From Faecalibacterium sp. CAG:1138 (lineage in GTDB: Bacteria > Bacillota > Clostridia > Christensenellales > CAG-917): a stretch of 64,000 nucleotides of DNA. Below, one piece after another: positions 22,985-36,871 of the stretch. How positions within the stretch are numbered: the stretch's first letter is position 1; each line of letters begins with the position of its first letter. The stretch spans positions 106,141 to 170,140 of the forward strand of contig HF988637.1 of assembly GCA_000434675.1 (NCBI GenBank), given 5' to 3'. The notes under the pieces were generated by a model that was not told the DNA's origin, did not search any database, and saw nothing but the letters and a program-made list of their open reading frames with translations. The position numbers and the translations under genes were made by a program.

Positions 22985-24787
22985 ATGGCAAGAGAAGGAT
23001 ATCCTCTCGACTGGATGGCCGAACTTAAAAGCAAAAACGACATCGTTTCGGTTGTTTCGCGCTACGTCAGGTTGGACTACAAGGGCGGAAGATACTGGGG
23101 CTGTTGTCCGTTTCATCACGAAAAAACTCCTTCGTTCACGGTGAATCAGAGGGAGGGTTTTTACTATTGCTTCGGTTGCCACGCAGGGGGCGACGTCGTG
23201 AAATTCGTGCAGGAAATGGAGAACGTGGGGTTTCCGGAGGCTATCAAGCTGCTGGCGGACGCCGCGGGTATGCAGGTTCCCGAAACCGAAAAGAGCGAAG
23301 CTCTTCAGACGGAAAAGAAATACCGCGACAGGCTTTACGCCGCGCTCAAGGAGGCGGCAGGCCATTATTACAGAAACCTCGCAGACCCGGTCGTCGGGAA
23401 AAAGGTCAGAGAATATCTGGCAAAGCGCAAGATTCCGTCGGACGTGGTGGTTAGGTTCGGGCTTGGCTACAGCAAGGATTTTAATTCCGTCATAGACTAT
23501 CTTAGGGAAAAAGGCTTTTCCGACAAGGAGATTCTGGATTCGGGCGTCGGCACCAAAAACAAAAACGGTTCGCTTTACGACGCGCTTGCGGACAGGCTTA
23601 TAGTTCCGATTATAAACAGGGCCGACAAGGTGGTTGCTTTCGGCGGCAGAATTCTGGAGAAAAAGGACGGCGTCGCAAAATATCGCAACACCACGAACAC
23701 GCCCGTTTTTGAAAAAAACAAAACGCTTTTCGGTATAAATATCGCCAAAAAACAACGTCAGAAGGCGGGGATAACGGAGGTTATCATCGTCGAAGGATAT
23801 ATGGACGTCATCAGCCTCAACAAAGTGGGCATCGCAAACGCGGTTGCGGGCATGGGGACGGCTCTTTGCGACGGACAAGCCAGAGAGCTTAAGTATCTGT
23901 CCGACAGAGTTTACGTCTGCTACGACGGCGACGGCGCGGGGCAGAACGCCGCGGCAAAAAGTTTGGAAGTGCTGGAAAAAGCGGGGCTTGAAATTTTCGT
24001 CATAACGCTTACGGGCGGCATGGACCCTGACGACGTGGCAAATAAGCTTGGGCAAAAAGGCTTTTTCGACCTTATGGAAAAGGCGCTCCCGCTCACCGAT
24101 TACAAACTGAAGCTTGTGGAAGACAGGTGCAACATGGCGACTGCCAACGGCAGGGCGAAATATGCCACGGGCGCAATGGAGGTTTTGAGAGGGCTAAGTA
24201 ACCCTACGGAGAGGGACGTGTACGTCGGCGTGGTTTCGGAAAAGAGCAGGATACCGGACGAACAACTGAGGAAGTATTTTTCGGGCGAGCTGAAACTGAC
24301 GGCAGACGACGATAGCGAGCCGCCAAAGCCGCTTAAAGCCCCTGAAAACGACGAAACGAAAGAGGACAAGCCGTCCGCGCCGTACTTGAATTCTGCCGAA
24401 TACGTCTTAAAATGCCTGCTGTACGCAAAGCCGTTTGCGAAGCTTCAGGACGTGGCGGAAGAGTTTTTGACCTACGCGCCGCACAAAGAGGTTTACGCGT
24501 ATCTCAAAATGACGGACGAAAACGGCAAAACGCCGTCGCCCGGAATGCTGTTTGACTTTATGGACAGCACCGACGAAGTGCTCGGCATCATTCAGGGCGA
24601 TTTCGGAGTGCAGGACGAGCAGTCGCAAAAGAAAGTTTACACAGACTGTGTACGAAAACTCAAAAAAGAATATTACAACAAAATAATCAAGGACCTTTTG
24701 ACCGAATATTCGTCGGCGGACGACGAAAAAAAGGCCGAGATTGCGGAAAAAATCAAAGAATACCAAATTTTAATGAGAAAAAATTGA
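22985..24787 (+). CDS. dnaG: DNA primase
   Basis: CHC2 zinc finger 'CCPFHHEKTPSFTV..CFGCHAGG', Toprim 'IIVEGYMDV'. dnaG-rpoD synteny. Confidence 0.95.
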   Translation: MAREGYPLDWMAELKSKNDIVSVVSRYVRLDYKGGRYWGCCPFHHEKTPSFTVNQREGFYYCFGCHAGGDVVKFVQEMENVGFPEAIKLLADAAGMQVPETEKSEALQTEKKYRDRLYAALKEAAGHYYRNLADPVVGKKVREYLAKRKIPSDVVVRFGLGYSKDFNSVIDYLREKGFSDKEILDSGVGTKNKNGSLYDALADRLIVPIINRADKVVAFGGRILEKKDGVAKYRNTTNTPVFEKNKTLFGINIAKKQRQKAGITEVIIVEGYMDVISLNKVGIANAVAGMGTALCDGQARELKYLSDRVYVCYDGDGAGQNAAAKSLEVLEKAGLEIFVITLTGGMDPDDVANKLGQKGFFDLMEKALPLTDYKLKLVEDRCNMATANGRAKYATGAMEVLRGLSNPTERDVYVGVVSEKSRIPDEQLRKYFSGELKLTADDDSEPPKPLKAPENDETKEDKPSAPYLNSAEYVLKCLLYAKPFAKLQDVAEEFLTYAPHKEVYAYLKMTDENGKTPSPGMLFDFMDSTDEVLGIIQGDFGVQDEQSQKKVYTDCVRKLKKEYYNKIIKDLLTEYSSADDEKKAEIAEKIKEYQILMRKN

Positions 24788-24805
24788 ACGTCCGAGGAGG
24801 TTTAT

Positions 24806-25861
24806 ATGGACAACAAAACATCGCCGTTGCAGGTTGAAATAGACAAGCTGATAACCTTAGGCAAACAAAAGGGAATGGTGACAGAAGACGAAATCATGGC
24901 CAGACTGGAGCACCTTAATTCCTCTGCCGAAGATATGGAAGCCGTCTTCAAAGCCCTGGAAGCGGCGGGAGTGAAGATAAAAGAAGACGAACCCGTCAAC
25001 GACGCCGAGCTGGTTGAAAAAATCATGAGCGAGGCAAATGTCGACGACTCGGTGAAGGTTTATCTTAAAGACATAGGAAAGGTTCCGCTTCTCACCAAGG
25101 AGGAGGAAATCGAGCTTGCAAAACGCATGGAAGCCGGCGACGAAGAGGCAAAAGCAAAACTGTCGGAAGCCAACCTCAGACTGGTTGTCAACCTTGCCAA
25201 ACGCTACGTCGGACGCAACCTTCATTTCCTGGACCTCATTCAGGAAGGCAACATGGGACTTATGAAGGCGGTTGAAAAATTCGACTATACGAAAGGCTTC
25301 AAATTCAGCACCTACGCCACCTGGTGGATTCGTCAGGCGATAACGAGGGCCATTGCCGATCAGGGCAGAACCATTCGTATTCCGGTACATATGGTTGAAA
25401 CCATCAACAAGCAAGTTCGCGCAACCAGACAGCTTCTGCAAAAGCTCGGCCGCGAACCGACCCCTGCGGAAATCGCCGAATACCTCGGTTGCAGTGAAGA
25501 GAGAGTGCGTGAAATTCAGAAAATCGCGCAGGATCCCGTGTCGCTGGAAACCCCTATCGGCGAAGAGGAAGACAGTCATCTCGGCGATTTCGTCGAGGAC
25601 AGAGGCGCATTAAGCCCTGTGGAAGTTACCGAAAGTCAGCTTCTTAAGGAACAGCTTGTCAGAGTGCTTAACACTCTTACTCCGCGTGAAGAAAAGGTTC
25701 TGCGTCTGCGCTACGGCCTGGACGACGGACACCCGAGAACGCTTGAGGAAGTCGGCAAGGAATTTAACGTAACTCGTGAACGTATCCGTCAGATCGAGGC
25801 GAAAGCGCTCAGAAAGCTTCGCCATCCTAACCGCATCAAGCACCTCAAAGATTATCAATAA
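24806..25861 (+). CDS. rpoD: Primary RNA polymerase sigma factor (SigA/RpoD)
   Basis: Region 2 '[41 protein letters not shown]'. Region 4 '[28 protein letters not shown]'. Confidence 0.97.
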   Translation: MDNKTSPLQVEIDKLITLGKQKGMVTEDEIMARLEHLNSSAEDMEAVFKALEAAGVKIKEDEPVNDAELVEKIMSEANVDDSVKVYLKDIGKVPLLTKEEEIELAKRMEAGDEEAKAKLSEANLRLVVNLAKRYVGRNLHFLDLIQEGNMGLMKAVEKFDYTKGFKFSTYATWWIRQAITRAIADQGRTIRIPVHMVETINKQVRATRQLLQKLGREPTPAEIAEYLGCSEERVREIQKIAQDPVSLETPIGEEEDSHLGDFVEDRGALSPVEVTESQLLKEQLVRVLNTLTPREEKVLRLRYGLDDGHPRTLEEVGKEFNVTRERIRQIEAKALRKLRHPNRIKHLKDYQ

Positions 25862-26499
25862 TGAACGGTTTGGACAAAAGACTTTCCGAAATAGTCTCTA
25901 ATCTAAAACCCGGCGACAGGGTGGCCGACGTCGGCTGCGACCACGGAAAAGTTGCGGTGGCGGCGGTGAAAATAACCGAAAACCGAGTGATTGCCACGGA
26001 TATTTCCGCGCCGAGCCTGAAAAAGGCGGTGGAGCTGGCGGACAGATCGGGCGTTTCGGATATGATAGATTTCAGAGTCGGCGACGGCGTTAGCGTGCTG
26101 AAAAACGGCGAGGCCGACACGTTGGTCGTTGCCGGTATGGGCGGCATCGAGATTGCAGGAATGATCGGGACGCTCGAATTTAAGAAATACGTTTTGTGTC
26201 CGCATTCTTCGGAAGAAGAGCTTCGCGAAAAAATCATAAGCGAAAAAATAGTCATTCAGCGCGATTATCCGGTGTTTTCCAAGGGTAAATTTTACCGCAT
26301 AATAGTTGCCGGCGAAGGCGAAAAAGCCGAAAACGACTATACCGAAGCCGAGCTTTTGTTCGGAAAGACCGACGAGGGCGACAGGGAAGAATACCTTTCC
26401 TTCGAAAAACAAAAGATTCAATCGGTCGAAAAAGTGGCTCGGGGCGAAAGAAAGGCGCAGCTTCAGAGAGAGCTGGCGCTTTTGGAGGAATTGAAATGA
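25861..26499 (+). CDS. trmK: tRNA (adenine22-N1)-methyltransferase TrmK-like
   Basis: SAM-MTase start 'RLSEIVSNLKPGDRVADVGCDHGK'. It holds the position after rpoD and before NIF3, as Bacillus yqfN does. ATG overlaps the rpoD stop by 1 nt. Confidence 0.75.
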   Translation: MNGLDKRLSEIVSNLKPGDRVADVGCDHGKVAVAAVKITENRVIATDISAPSLKKAVELADRSGVSDMIDFRVGDGVSVLKNGEADTLVVAGMGGIEIAGMIGTLEFKKYVLCPHSSEEELREKIISEKIVIQRDYPVFSKGKFYRIIVAGEGEKAENDYTEAELLFGKTDEGDREEYLSFEKQKIQSVEKVARGERKAQLQRELALLEELK

Positions 26500-27260
26500 A
26501 AGTAAGGGAACTTACGTACTTTATCGAATCTATGGCTCCCGTCGAATCGGCGTTGGGGTATGACAATCCGGGGCTTTTGATCGGAAGTCCCGACGACGAA
26601 GTGAAAAAAGTGCTCGTTACGTTGGACGTTACGTCCGAAGTGGTTGACGAAGCGGTGGAAAAGGGCTGTGATTTCATACTCAGTCACCATCCCGTCATCT
26701 GGGCGGGCATAAAAAAACTTACGCCGGAATATCCGACGGCAGATCCCGTCGTTAAGGCGATTCGCGCGGGCATAGACGTCTATGCGGCGCATACCAACGT
26801 CGACGCAATGGCCGGCAACATGAGCTGGGAGCTTTTGAAAGACCTCGGTTGCGACTCGGCAGAACCGCTTTTCGACAACGGTTTCGGGGCAGTGGGCGAC
26901 GTTAAGGAAATAAAATACCGCGATCTTGCGGCGAAAGTGGCGAAAATTTTGGACGAAAACGTCAGAACCATCGGAAATCTGGACGAAACCGTCAAAAGGG
27001 TGGCGACCGTTTCGGGAGCCGCCGGCGACACCGAAGACGTTAAACAAGCGCTAAGTAAGAGCGCGGACGTCTATATAACCGCAGAGCTTAAACACCACGT
27101 TGCGGTGGCGGCAAAATCGGCGGGCTTCAAAATCATCGAAGTCAGCCATTACGCAAGCGAATTCAGCTTCGTGAAAATTTTCGAAAGACTTTTGGACGGC
27201 GTCATCGAAACCGCTTGCGCCAAAAGTCAAAAAAATCCGTACAACAAGGAGATTTTGTAG
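26496..27260 (+). CDS. NIF3-family dinuclear metal-centre protein (YqfO-like)
   Basis: 'CDFILSHHPVIW' and C-terminal 'ITAELKHH..IEVSHYASE' metal-ligand motifs. Synteny with trmK. Confidence 0.85.
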   Translation: MKVRELTYFIESMAPVESALGYDNPGLLIGSPDDEVKKVLVTLDVTSEVVDEAVEKGCDFILSHHPVIWAGIKKLTPEYPTADPVVKAIRAGIDVYAAHTNVDAMAGNMSWELLKDLGCDSAEPLFDNGFGAVGDVKEIKYRDLAAKVAKILDENVRTIGNLDETVKRVATVSGAAGDTEDVKQALSKSADVYITAELKHHVAVAAKSAGFKIIEVSHYASEFSFVKIFERLLDGVIETACAKSQKNPYNKEIL

Positions 27261-27261
27261 A

Positions 27262-27966
27262 ATGAAACTTGACAGCATCTTGGCATATCAGGACGTGGAC
27301 ATGCGTCTTTACGCTTTGGAAAAAGAAGTCAGCGGCAGCGACGCCAGCAAGCTCGTTGCAAAGTACAGAGAGCTTATGAAGGAATATTCCGGCGGGCTTA
27401 TAAGGTCTAACGCCGAAATGGACGAGGCCGTCAAGCTTGCGAAACGTCAGGCGGACGAACTTGTCGCGCTGGAAGCGAAAATCGACGATATGGCTCACAT
27501 AAACATCGAGGACGCAGGCATAGAGGAACTTGAGCTTTACGAAAAGGAAGCGCAAAAGCTTGCCGCCGAAGCCGACGCTTTCAAACGCGCTATGGACGAA
27601 AACGAAGCGCAAATGAAGAAAATTTTGCAAAATTTTGACGAAAAAGTCAAACAATGCGCCGTTTGCAAGAAAAAACTTGACGAGGCAAACGCCGCCTTCA
27701 AGCAACTTATCGACAGCAAGGGCGAGGAAGTTACCGCCATCAAACGCCGTCTGGCCGAAATCAAAAAGGACGTTCCGGAGGACGTTATGGAGATGTATAT
27801 AAAACGCAGAAACGGCAAAAAAATGCCTGCGTTCGTGCCGCTCAATCCGGAATTCAAGGCGTGCAGATGCGGCGTTAAGCTTTTGGACAACGCCCTTAAA
27901 AATCTGCAAAATCCGGGCGACGTGGTGGAATGTCAGAGCTGCGGCAGATTGGTTTATATAAAATAA
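27262..27966 (+). CDS. COG1579-type coiled-coil zinc-ribbon protein
   Basis: Long coiled coil, then 'CRCGVKL....CQSCGRLVYI' C4 ribbon. The conserved partner of NIF3 genes. Confidence 0.7.
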   Translation: MKLDSILAYQDVDMRLYALEKEVSGSDASKLVAKYRELMKEYSGGLIRSNAEMDEAVKLAKRQADELVALEAKIDDMAHINIEDAGIEELELYEKEAQKLAAEADAFKRAMDENEAQMKKILQNFDEKVKQCAVCKKKLDEANAAFKQLIDSKGEEVTAIKRRLAEIKKDVPEDVMEMYIKRRNGKKMPAFVPLNPEFKACRCGVKLLDNALKNLQNPGDVVECQSCGRLVYIK

Positions 27967-31068
<3,102 letters not shown>

Positions 31069-31070
31069 AA

Positions 31071-31101
31071 AAAGGCCTCCCGAACGGGAGGCTTTGATTT
31101 T
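31071..31101. terminator. Bidirectional rho-independent terminator between convergent lacZ and galT
   Basis: AAAAAAA-GGCCTCCC-gaac-GGGAGGC-TTTGATTTTTT. Confidence 0.8.
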
Positions 31102-32646
31102 TTATTCTTCTTCGAAACCGCATTTTGACATAAAGCGGTCGAAGGCTTTTCGGCCTTTTTGATCGGCTTTGAAAACGGCGGTGGTTTCGAGGATTTTTAT
31201 GCAGGTTTTGTTGATATAGTCGGTGATAACGTCGCCGGCTTCGCCTTCGGACAGGTTGAGGCCGTTGTCGTTTGCAAGCTGCGCAATCATGCCGACGTGC
31301 TTGAAGAGCGGGTGCTCGGGATCGGAAAGTTCCTTGAAGTTAAGAGGTGTTTCGCCCGTAAGGTATTTTCTGATTTCCACGGCTTCTTTGGCAAGTCTGC
31401 CCGGAAGAATGAACAAGCCCATAACTTCGATTATGCCGATTGCTTCCTTTTTGATGTTGTGCATGTCTTCGGTCGGGTGGAAGATGCCGTAAGGGTGTTT
31501 TTCGTCGGTGCGGTTGTTGCGCAGAATGAGGTCGAAACGATAGTTTCCGTCGTCGGTTTTTTGCGCGACAGGGGTGACGGTGTTGTGTGGAGTTTCGTCC
31601 GTGAACGCCAGAATATCGACGGTTTTGTCGCTGTATGTCTTCCAGGTTTCGAAAATGTGATTTGTGAGAGCAATCACTTTTTCTGCGTCGGAGCCTTCGA
31701 TCCTGACGACGCTGTTGTACCAGTCGGCAATGCCTGCGGTTACGCCTTCAAAGTCCGGGTGACGGAACTTTTTGAGGTAAGCGGTTTTCATTTCAGGCAG
31801 AACCTTTGCGCCGCCTTGGTAGTGATCGTGCGCAAGAATGCTGCCGCCGACAATAGGAAGCGGAGCGTTGCTGCCGATGAAATAATGAGGGAAGGTATCC
31901 ACGAAATCGGCCATATGCTTAAATGAATTTACGTCCAGATGCATCGGGCGATGTTCGTCGGAAAAGCAGATGCAGTGATTGTCGAAATAAACGTACGGGC
32001 TGAATTGCAGCCACCATTTTTCGTCGTTCAAAAACAGCGGAACGGCCCTGAGGGTTTGCCTTGCGGGTTTTTGAAGATTGCCCCACCAGCCGACGTTTTC
32101 CACGCAGAGCGGGCACTTAGGGTAGTTGGTTTGCGGAGCTTTCGACGCCGCAAGCACGGCTTTCGGATCCTTTTCGGGTTTTGCGAGGTTTATGGTGATT
32201 TTGACGCTGCCTTTTTCGGTCGGAACTTCCCAGCCTATATTTTTGTCGATGTCAACCTTGCGGATATAATTGTTTGCCACGGAAAGGTCGAAAAGATATT
32301 TGGTGGCGGCTTTGACGCCGCTTTCCGCCGCTACGTCGTCGAAATTTTTGATAACGGCGCTCGGCATCGGCGTCAAAATGCCCATGATTTTGGTTTCAAA
32401 CAGCAGTTTTTCCTGTTCAGTGGTAAGCTTTTTTCGGACGGCGTAGTCGGTGATTTCGTCCAGAACGGTCTGAATCGGCCTGTAAGTTACGGCAGGTTCC
32501 GCAGGCTCTGGCACTTTAAGCTCGGCAAGCAGAAGGTTTCGGACGTAAACCCCGTCGTCGGGATTAAGAGACAGCTTTTTTTCGGCGTAAAGCATAAGCT
32601 CGGCCACACAATTTGCGATTTTGGCGACGTCGGTTTGTTTTGGCAT
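31102..32646 (-). CDS. galT: UDP-glucose--hexose-1-phosphate uridylyltransferase (type 2 GalT)
   Basis: 514 aa (Firmicutes long type). Active-site 'SILAHDHYQGG' (HxHxQ). Confidence 0.88.
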   Translation of the reverse strand: MPKQTDVAKIANCVAELMLYAEKKLSLNPDDGVYVRNLLLAELKVPEPAEPAVTYRPIQTVLDEITDYAVRKKLTTEQEKLLFETKIMGILTPMPSAVIKNFDDVAAESGVKAATKYLFDLSVANNYIRKVDIDKNIGWEVPTEKGSVKITINLAKPEKDPKAVLAASKAPQTNYPKCPLCVENVGWWGNLQKPARQTLRAVPLFLNDEKWWLQFSPYVYFDNHCICFSDEHRPMHLDVNSFKHMADFVDTFPHYFIGSNAPLPIVGGSILAHDHYQGGAKVLPEMKTAYLKKFRHPDFEGVTAGIADWYNSVVRIEGSDAEKVIALTNHIFETWKTYSDKTVDILAFTDETPHNTVTPVAQKTDDGNYRFDLILRNNRTDEKHPYGIFHPTEDMHNIKKEAIGIIEVMGLFILPGRLAKEAVEIRKYLTGETPLNFKELSDPEHPLFKHVGMIAQLANDNGLNLSEGEAGDVITDYINKTCIKILETTAVFKADQKGRKAFDRFMSKCGFEEE

Positions 32647-32745
32647 AAAAAACCTCTTTTAAAGTATTTGCAACGTTATTGTTGCTCTTTGAAAATATAT
32701 GTGTTATACTTTTACTATCAATAATTATACACTCGCGAGGCTATA

Positions 32746-34011
32746 ATGGCAATCAAATTCTTCGCAGAACTTGAAAACACCGACAAATTTTTGTCCGTCG
32801 TAGGCGGGCTTTACAGCCGTCATAATCTGGGCGCGCAGCAAAAGCGTTACGTCGATCTGTACCTTTCGCACAAAAACAATTTTTCCGTTTCGGATTGCGA
32901 CTTTTTCTCTTCGTCGGGAAGGATAGAAGTGCTCGGCAATCACACCGACCACAACAACGGCAAGGTTCTTGCCGCGGCGATAAGTCTGGACACTTTGGCC
33001 TGCGTGACCAAAACCGACGACAACTACATAAAAATACTCTCCGGCGGTTATCCTATTTTCATCGTCAACGTCGACAAGGTTCTCGCTTCCGAAAAGGAGC
33101 GCGGCACTTCCGTGGCGCTCGTCAAGGGCGTCTGCAACTGGTTTAAGGAAAACGACTACAAGGTGGGCGGGTTCGTGGCAACGATGGTGAGCGACGTCAT
33201 AAAGGGCGCGGGCGTTTCGTCGAGCGCGTCGTTCGAGGTGCTTATCGCCGAAATTCTCAACGTTTTGTATAACGACGGCAAAATGTCCGCAATAGAAAAA
33301 GCCGTCGCCTCCCAGTACGCCGAATATTTCTATTTCGGCAAGCCGTGCGGACTGCTGGATCAGTCGGCGATTGCACTGGGCGACGTCAGTTATATCGACT
33401 TTAAGGATCCGCTTAAAATGCAGGTGAAAAACTACGATCTGCCTTTCGACGATCTGGACATCGTTATCGCAAACGCCGGCGGCGACCACAGCGACCTCAC
33501 CGCAAACTACGCTGCAATCCGCTCGGAAATGGAAGAAGTCGCGGGGCTTTTTGGCAAAAAGGTTTTGAGAGAAGTGAACGAAGACGAGTTCTACGCTTCG
33601 ATAAAGGACCTGAAACAAAAAGTTTCGGGAAGGGCTATACTTCGCGCAATGCACTTTTTTGAGGAAAACAAACGCGTGGAAGACGCGGTGAAGGCTTTGG
33701 AAAAAGCCGACGAAGCGGCTTTTCTGAAAGCGGTGAACGACAGCGGCGAATCCAGCTACAAAATGCTTCAGAACTGCTATCCCGAAAACGACAAGGTGCA
33801 GTCGGTTCCGCTTGCGCTTGCGGTGGTGAAACGCCGTCCGGAGGTTAAGGCCTGCCGTATTCACGGCGGAGGCTTTGCCGGCACGATCATTTGTTTCGTC
33901 GAAAAATCGGGTTCCGAACGCTTTATCGAAGCGATAAAACCCGTTTTCGGAGAAAACAACATTTTCAATCTTGCAATAAGAAAAGTCGGCGCAACCAAAA
34001 TCGACTTCTGA
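32746..34011 (+). CDS. galK: Galactokinase-family GHMP kinase
   Basis: 'GRIEVLGNHTDHNNG' galactokinase signature, GHMP motif 'GAGVSSSASFEV'. Divergent from galT. Confidence 0.8.
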   Translation: MAIKFFAELENTDKFLSVVGGLYSRHNLGAQQKRYVDLYLSHKNNFSVSDCDFFSSSGRIEVLGNHTDHNNGKVLAAAISLDTLACVTKTDDNYIKILSGGYPIFIVNVDKVLASEKERGTSVALVKGVCNWFKENDYKVGGFVATMVSDVIKGAGVSSSASFEVLIAEILNVLYNDGKMSAIEKAVASQYAEYFYFGKPCGLLDQSAIALGDVSYIDFKDPLKMQVKNYDLPFDDLDIVIANAGGDHSDLTANYAAIRSEMEEVAGLFGKKVLREVNEDEFYASIKDLKQKVSGRAILRAMHFFEENKRVEDAVKALEKADEAAFLKAVNDSGESSYKMLQNCYPENDKVQSVPLALAVVKRRPEVKACRIHGGGFAGTIICFVEKSGSERFIEAIKPVFGENNIFNLAIRKVGATKIDF

Positions 34012-34019
34012 GGTGTCAA

Positions 34020-34943
34020 ATGAATTTATTAGGTTATTTGCTTTCGGCTCCTAACAACGTGGCTTTCACCATAGGCAGGCTTTCCGTGCAATGGTACGGC
34101 CTTATCCTTACTTCCGCCATGGTTCTGGGGCTTGTGTGCATAATTCTGCTGGGGAAAGAGCAAAAGATCAAGTCGGACGATATGATAACTTTGTTTTTGT
34201 ATATCATACCGCTGGCCGTCATTTTTGCAAGGCTGGTGTACGTTATCGTCAGGCCCGAGTATTTCCCGATAAAATCCATCGGCATAAAAGAATGGATCGA
34301 AAACGGCGGTATCGGCACCCCGACGCCCGAAAACAGCCTCATAAATCTTTTTGCAATATGGGAAGGAGGCATCACGATAGTCGGCGGCGTAATCGGCGGA
34401 CTTCTGGGCGGCTGGCTGTTTAGCAGAAAATACAAAATCAAATTCAGCACTCTGGCCGACATTTGCGTGCCCGTTCTTCTGATGTGTCAGGCAATCGGCC
34501 GTTGGGGCAACTATATGAATCAAGAGGCCTACGGCCTCGTCGTAACCGATCCTAAATGGCAATGGTTCCCTTTCGCCGTTTATATCGACGCGGTGGGCGA
34601 GTGGCATCTGGCAACCTTTTTCTATGCGTTCGTCATAAATCTTCTGGGCGCTTTGGCGATTTACCTTTGCACCAGAAAGAACAAAGTCAAAGGCTTGGCG
34701 GTGTTTATGTATCTTACGATATATTGCACCAAACGTTTCTTTATGGAATTTATTCGCCTTGACGCAGTTAAAACGGCCAGCGGAATCGGCGTTACGCAGA
34801 TAGCAATGCTTATCGGCGCTTTAATCGGCGTCGTGGGCGGTATATTATATTATAAACACGGCGTTCTCAATCTTAAGCGCGCCGAAATAAAAGAGGAGAT
34901 TGCCGCAGCCGAAGAAAAGGCGATAGCGGGCAAAAAATTATGA
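34020..34943 (+). CDS. lgt: Prolipoprotein diacylglyceryl transferase
   Basis: 'GRWGNYMNQEAYG' Lgt signature; polytopic. RBS GAGGTG precedes ATG 34020 (the track start at 33891 overlaps galK). Confidence 0.9.
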   Translation: MNLLGYLLSAPNNVAFTIGRLSVQWYGLILTSAMVLGLVCIILLGKEQKIKSDDMITLFLYIIPLAVIFARLVYVIVRPEYFPIKSIGIKEWIENGGIGTPTPENSLINLFAIWEGGITIVGGVIGGLLGGWLFSRKYKIKFSTLADICVPVLLMCQAIGRWGNYMNQEAYGLVVTDPKWQWFPFAVYIDAVGEWHLATFFYAFVINLLGALAIYLCTRKNKVKGLAVFMYLTIYCTKRFFMEFIRLDAVKTASGIGVTQIAMLIGALIGVVGGILYYKHGVLNLKRAEIKEEIAAAEEKAIAGKKL

Positions 34944-36370
34944 GAAACTTAACACTTCTTACCGACTTTTACCAACTCACCATGATGAACGGTTATCTTA
35001 AGTGCGGCACTGCCGACAGAGAGGCCGTTTTCGACGTTTTTTATCGCGGCGGAGCCGAACTCAGCTACGTCGTAACCGCAGGCCTCGAGCAGGTTGTGGA
35101 GTACATCGAAAATCTTCATTTCGAAGAAACGGACATCGAATATCTGAGAGGTCTTAAATGCTTTGACGAGGAATTTTTGACTGCGCTTAAAAACTTCAAA
35201 TTCACGGGCGACGTCTATTCCGTTCCGGAAGGCACGGTTATGTTCCCGTTCGAACCGCTTCTGACGGTCAAAGCGCCGCTGTTTCAGGCGCAACTGGTGG
35301 AAACGGCCATTCTTTGCATTTTGAATCACCAGACGCTCATCGCCACCAAGGCCGCAAGGCTTTCAAACGCCACCAAATCCACCATTTTGGAATTCGGATT
35401 AAGACGCGCGCAAGGCCCTGACGCAGGCATCTACGGTGCGAGAGCGGCCTATATCGGCGGTTGCAGAAGCACAAGCAACGTTCTTGCGGGACAAATGTTC
35501 GACATAGCCGTCAAAGGCACGCACGCGCACGCATGGGTTATGAGTTTCCCTGACGAACTGTCGGCTTTCAGGGCTTACGCGGAGCTTTATCCCGACAACT
35601 GCCTGCTTCTCGTGGACACTTACGACACCTTAAAGAGCGGCGTTCCAAACGCCATAAAGGTTTTTGACGAGCTGAAAGCGAAAGGCTACAAGCCGTCCGG
35701 CATCAGACTGGACAGCGGCGATCTGGCGTATCTGAGCAAACAGGCCAGAAAGATGCTTGACGCGGCAGGCCACGAGGACTGCAAAATTTTCGCGTCGGGC
35801 GACATCGACGAAGATGTTTTGTTGAGCTTGCAGATTCAGGGCGCGAAAATCGACATCTACGGCATCGGCACGAGGCTTATCACCAGCTATCGTCAACCGA
35901 GCCTCGGCGGCGTTTATAAGCTTGCCGCCATGGAAGACGAAAACGGCGTGCTGGTTCCGAAAATGAAGCTTTCGGACAGCAAGGTGAAAATGACCAATCC
36001 GGGGCTTAAAAAAGTCGTCAGGCTTTATAACGCGGACGGCATGGCCGAAGCGGACCTTATCTGTTTGAAGGAGGAAACCTTCGACACCACCAAACCGCTG
36101 ACCATCTATCATCCCGAAAAGCACTGGATTTCCAAAACCTTGGAAAACTTCACGGTAAAGGAATTGCAAATTACCGTTTTTGAAAAGGGCAAACAGGTTT
36201 ATAATCTTCCGAATCTTCACGAAATCGGCCGTCACGAAGACGAAAGCATGGCCGAATTCCACGAGGAATACAGAAGAACCTTGTATCCTGCCGAGTTCAA
36301 AGTCGATCTTTCCGACAAGCTTTACGACCTCAAAATGAGCATAATCAGAAAAAACGGCAAAAACATATAA
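34940..36370 (+). CDS. pncB: Nicotinate phosphoribosyltransferase
   Basis: 476 aa. N-terminal 'LLTDFYQLTMMNGY', '..GLRRAQGPDAG..' NAPRTase pattern. Confidence 0.88.
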   Translation: MRNLTLLTDFYQLTMMNGYLKCGTADREAVFDVFYRGGAELSYVVTAGLEQVVEYIENLHFEETDIEYLRGLKCFDEEFLTALKNFKFTGDVYSVPEGTVMFPFEPLLTVKAPLFQAQLVETAILCILNHQTLIATKAARLSNATKSTILEFGLRRAQGPDAGIYGARAAYIGGCRSTSNVLAGQMFDIAVKGTHAHAWVMSFPDELSAFRAYAELYPDNCLLLVDTYDTLKSGVPNAIKVFDELKAKGYKPSGIRLDSGDLAYLSKQARKMLDAAGHEDCKIFASGDIDEDVLLSLQIQGAKIDIYGIGTRLITSYRQPSLGGVYKLAAMEDENGVLVPKMKLSDSKVKMTNPGLKKVVRLYNADGMAEADLICLKEETFDTTKPLTIYHPEKHWISKTLENFTVKELQITVFEKGKQVYNLPNLHEIGRHEDESMAEFHEEYRRTLYPAEFKVDLSDKLYDLKMSIIRKNGKNI

Positions 36371-36537
36371 GGATTTTTGACACACATAACCGATTTTTTG
36401 ACACAGCCTTCGGAATTCGCGTTCGGAGGCGTGTTTTTTTTGTTAAAAATAAAAGTATAGAGAAAAATCGCTTGACAGAATCCGAAAAAAAAGATAAGAT
36501 ATCTGTAAAGGTTAAGGCCTTTACACCGAGGTGCGAT

Positions 36538-36870
36538 ATGATTGAATTTCAAAAAAACCTCTCCTATTCCGACCTGAACGCCGTTTACGGCAGTCTGCTC
36601 ACCGAAAAGCAGAGGGAGTTTTTGGAACTTTATTACGACTGCGACGTTTCCCTTAACGAAATTGCCGAGCAATACGGCATTTCCCGCCAGGCGGTGAGGG
36701 ACGCGATAGTCAGAGGCGAAAAAGCGCTTTCCGAATTCGAAGCGAAACTCGGACTTTTGAAGCGACGCGCCGAAACCGCAGATAAACTGAAAAAAGCGGT
36801 GGAACTTATCGACTCGGACAATCAAAAATCGGCGAAGGAAATCCTGACTTCGCTTATCGAGGAGGAATAA
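36538..36870 (+). CDS. ylxM: YlxM/UPF0122 HTH protein (SRP-operon associated)
   Basis: 'LLTEKQREFLELYYDCDVSLNEIAEQYGISRQAVRDAI'. Immediately upstream of ffh. Confidence 0.85.
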   Translation: MIEFQKNLSYSDLNAVYGSLLTEKQREFLELYYDCDVSLNEIAEQYGISRQAVRDAIVRGEKALSEFEAKLGLLKRRAETADKLKKAVELIDSDNQKSAKEILTSLIEEE

Positions 36871-36871
36871 T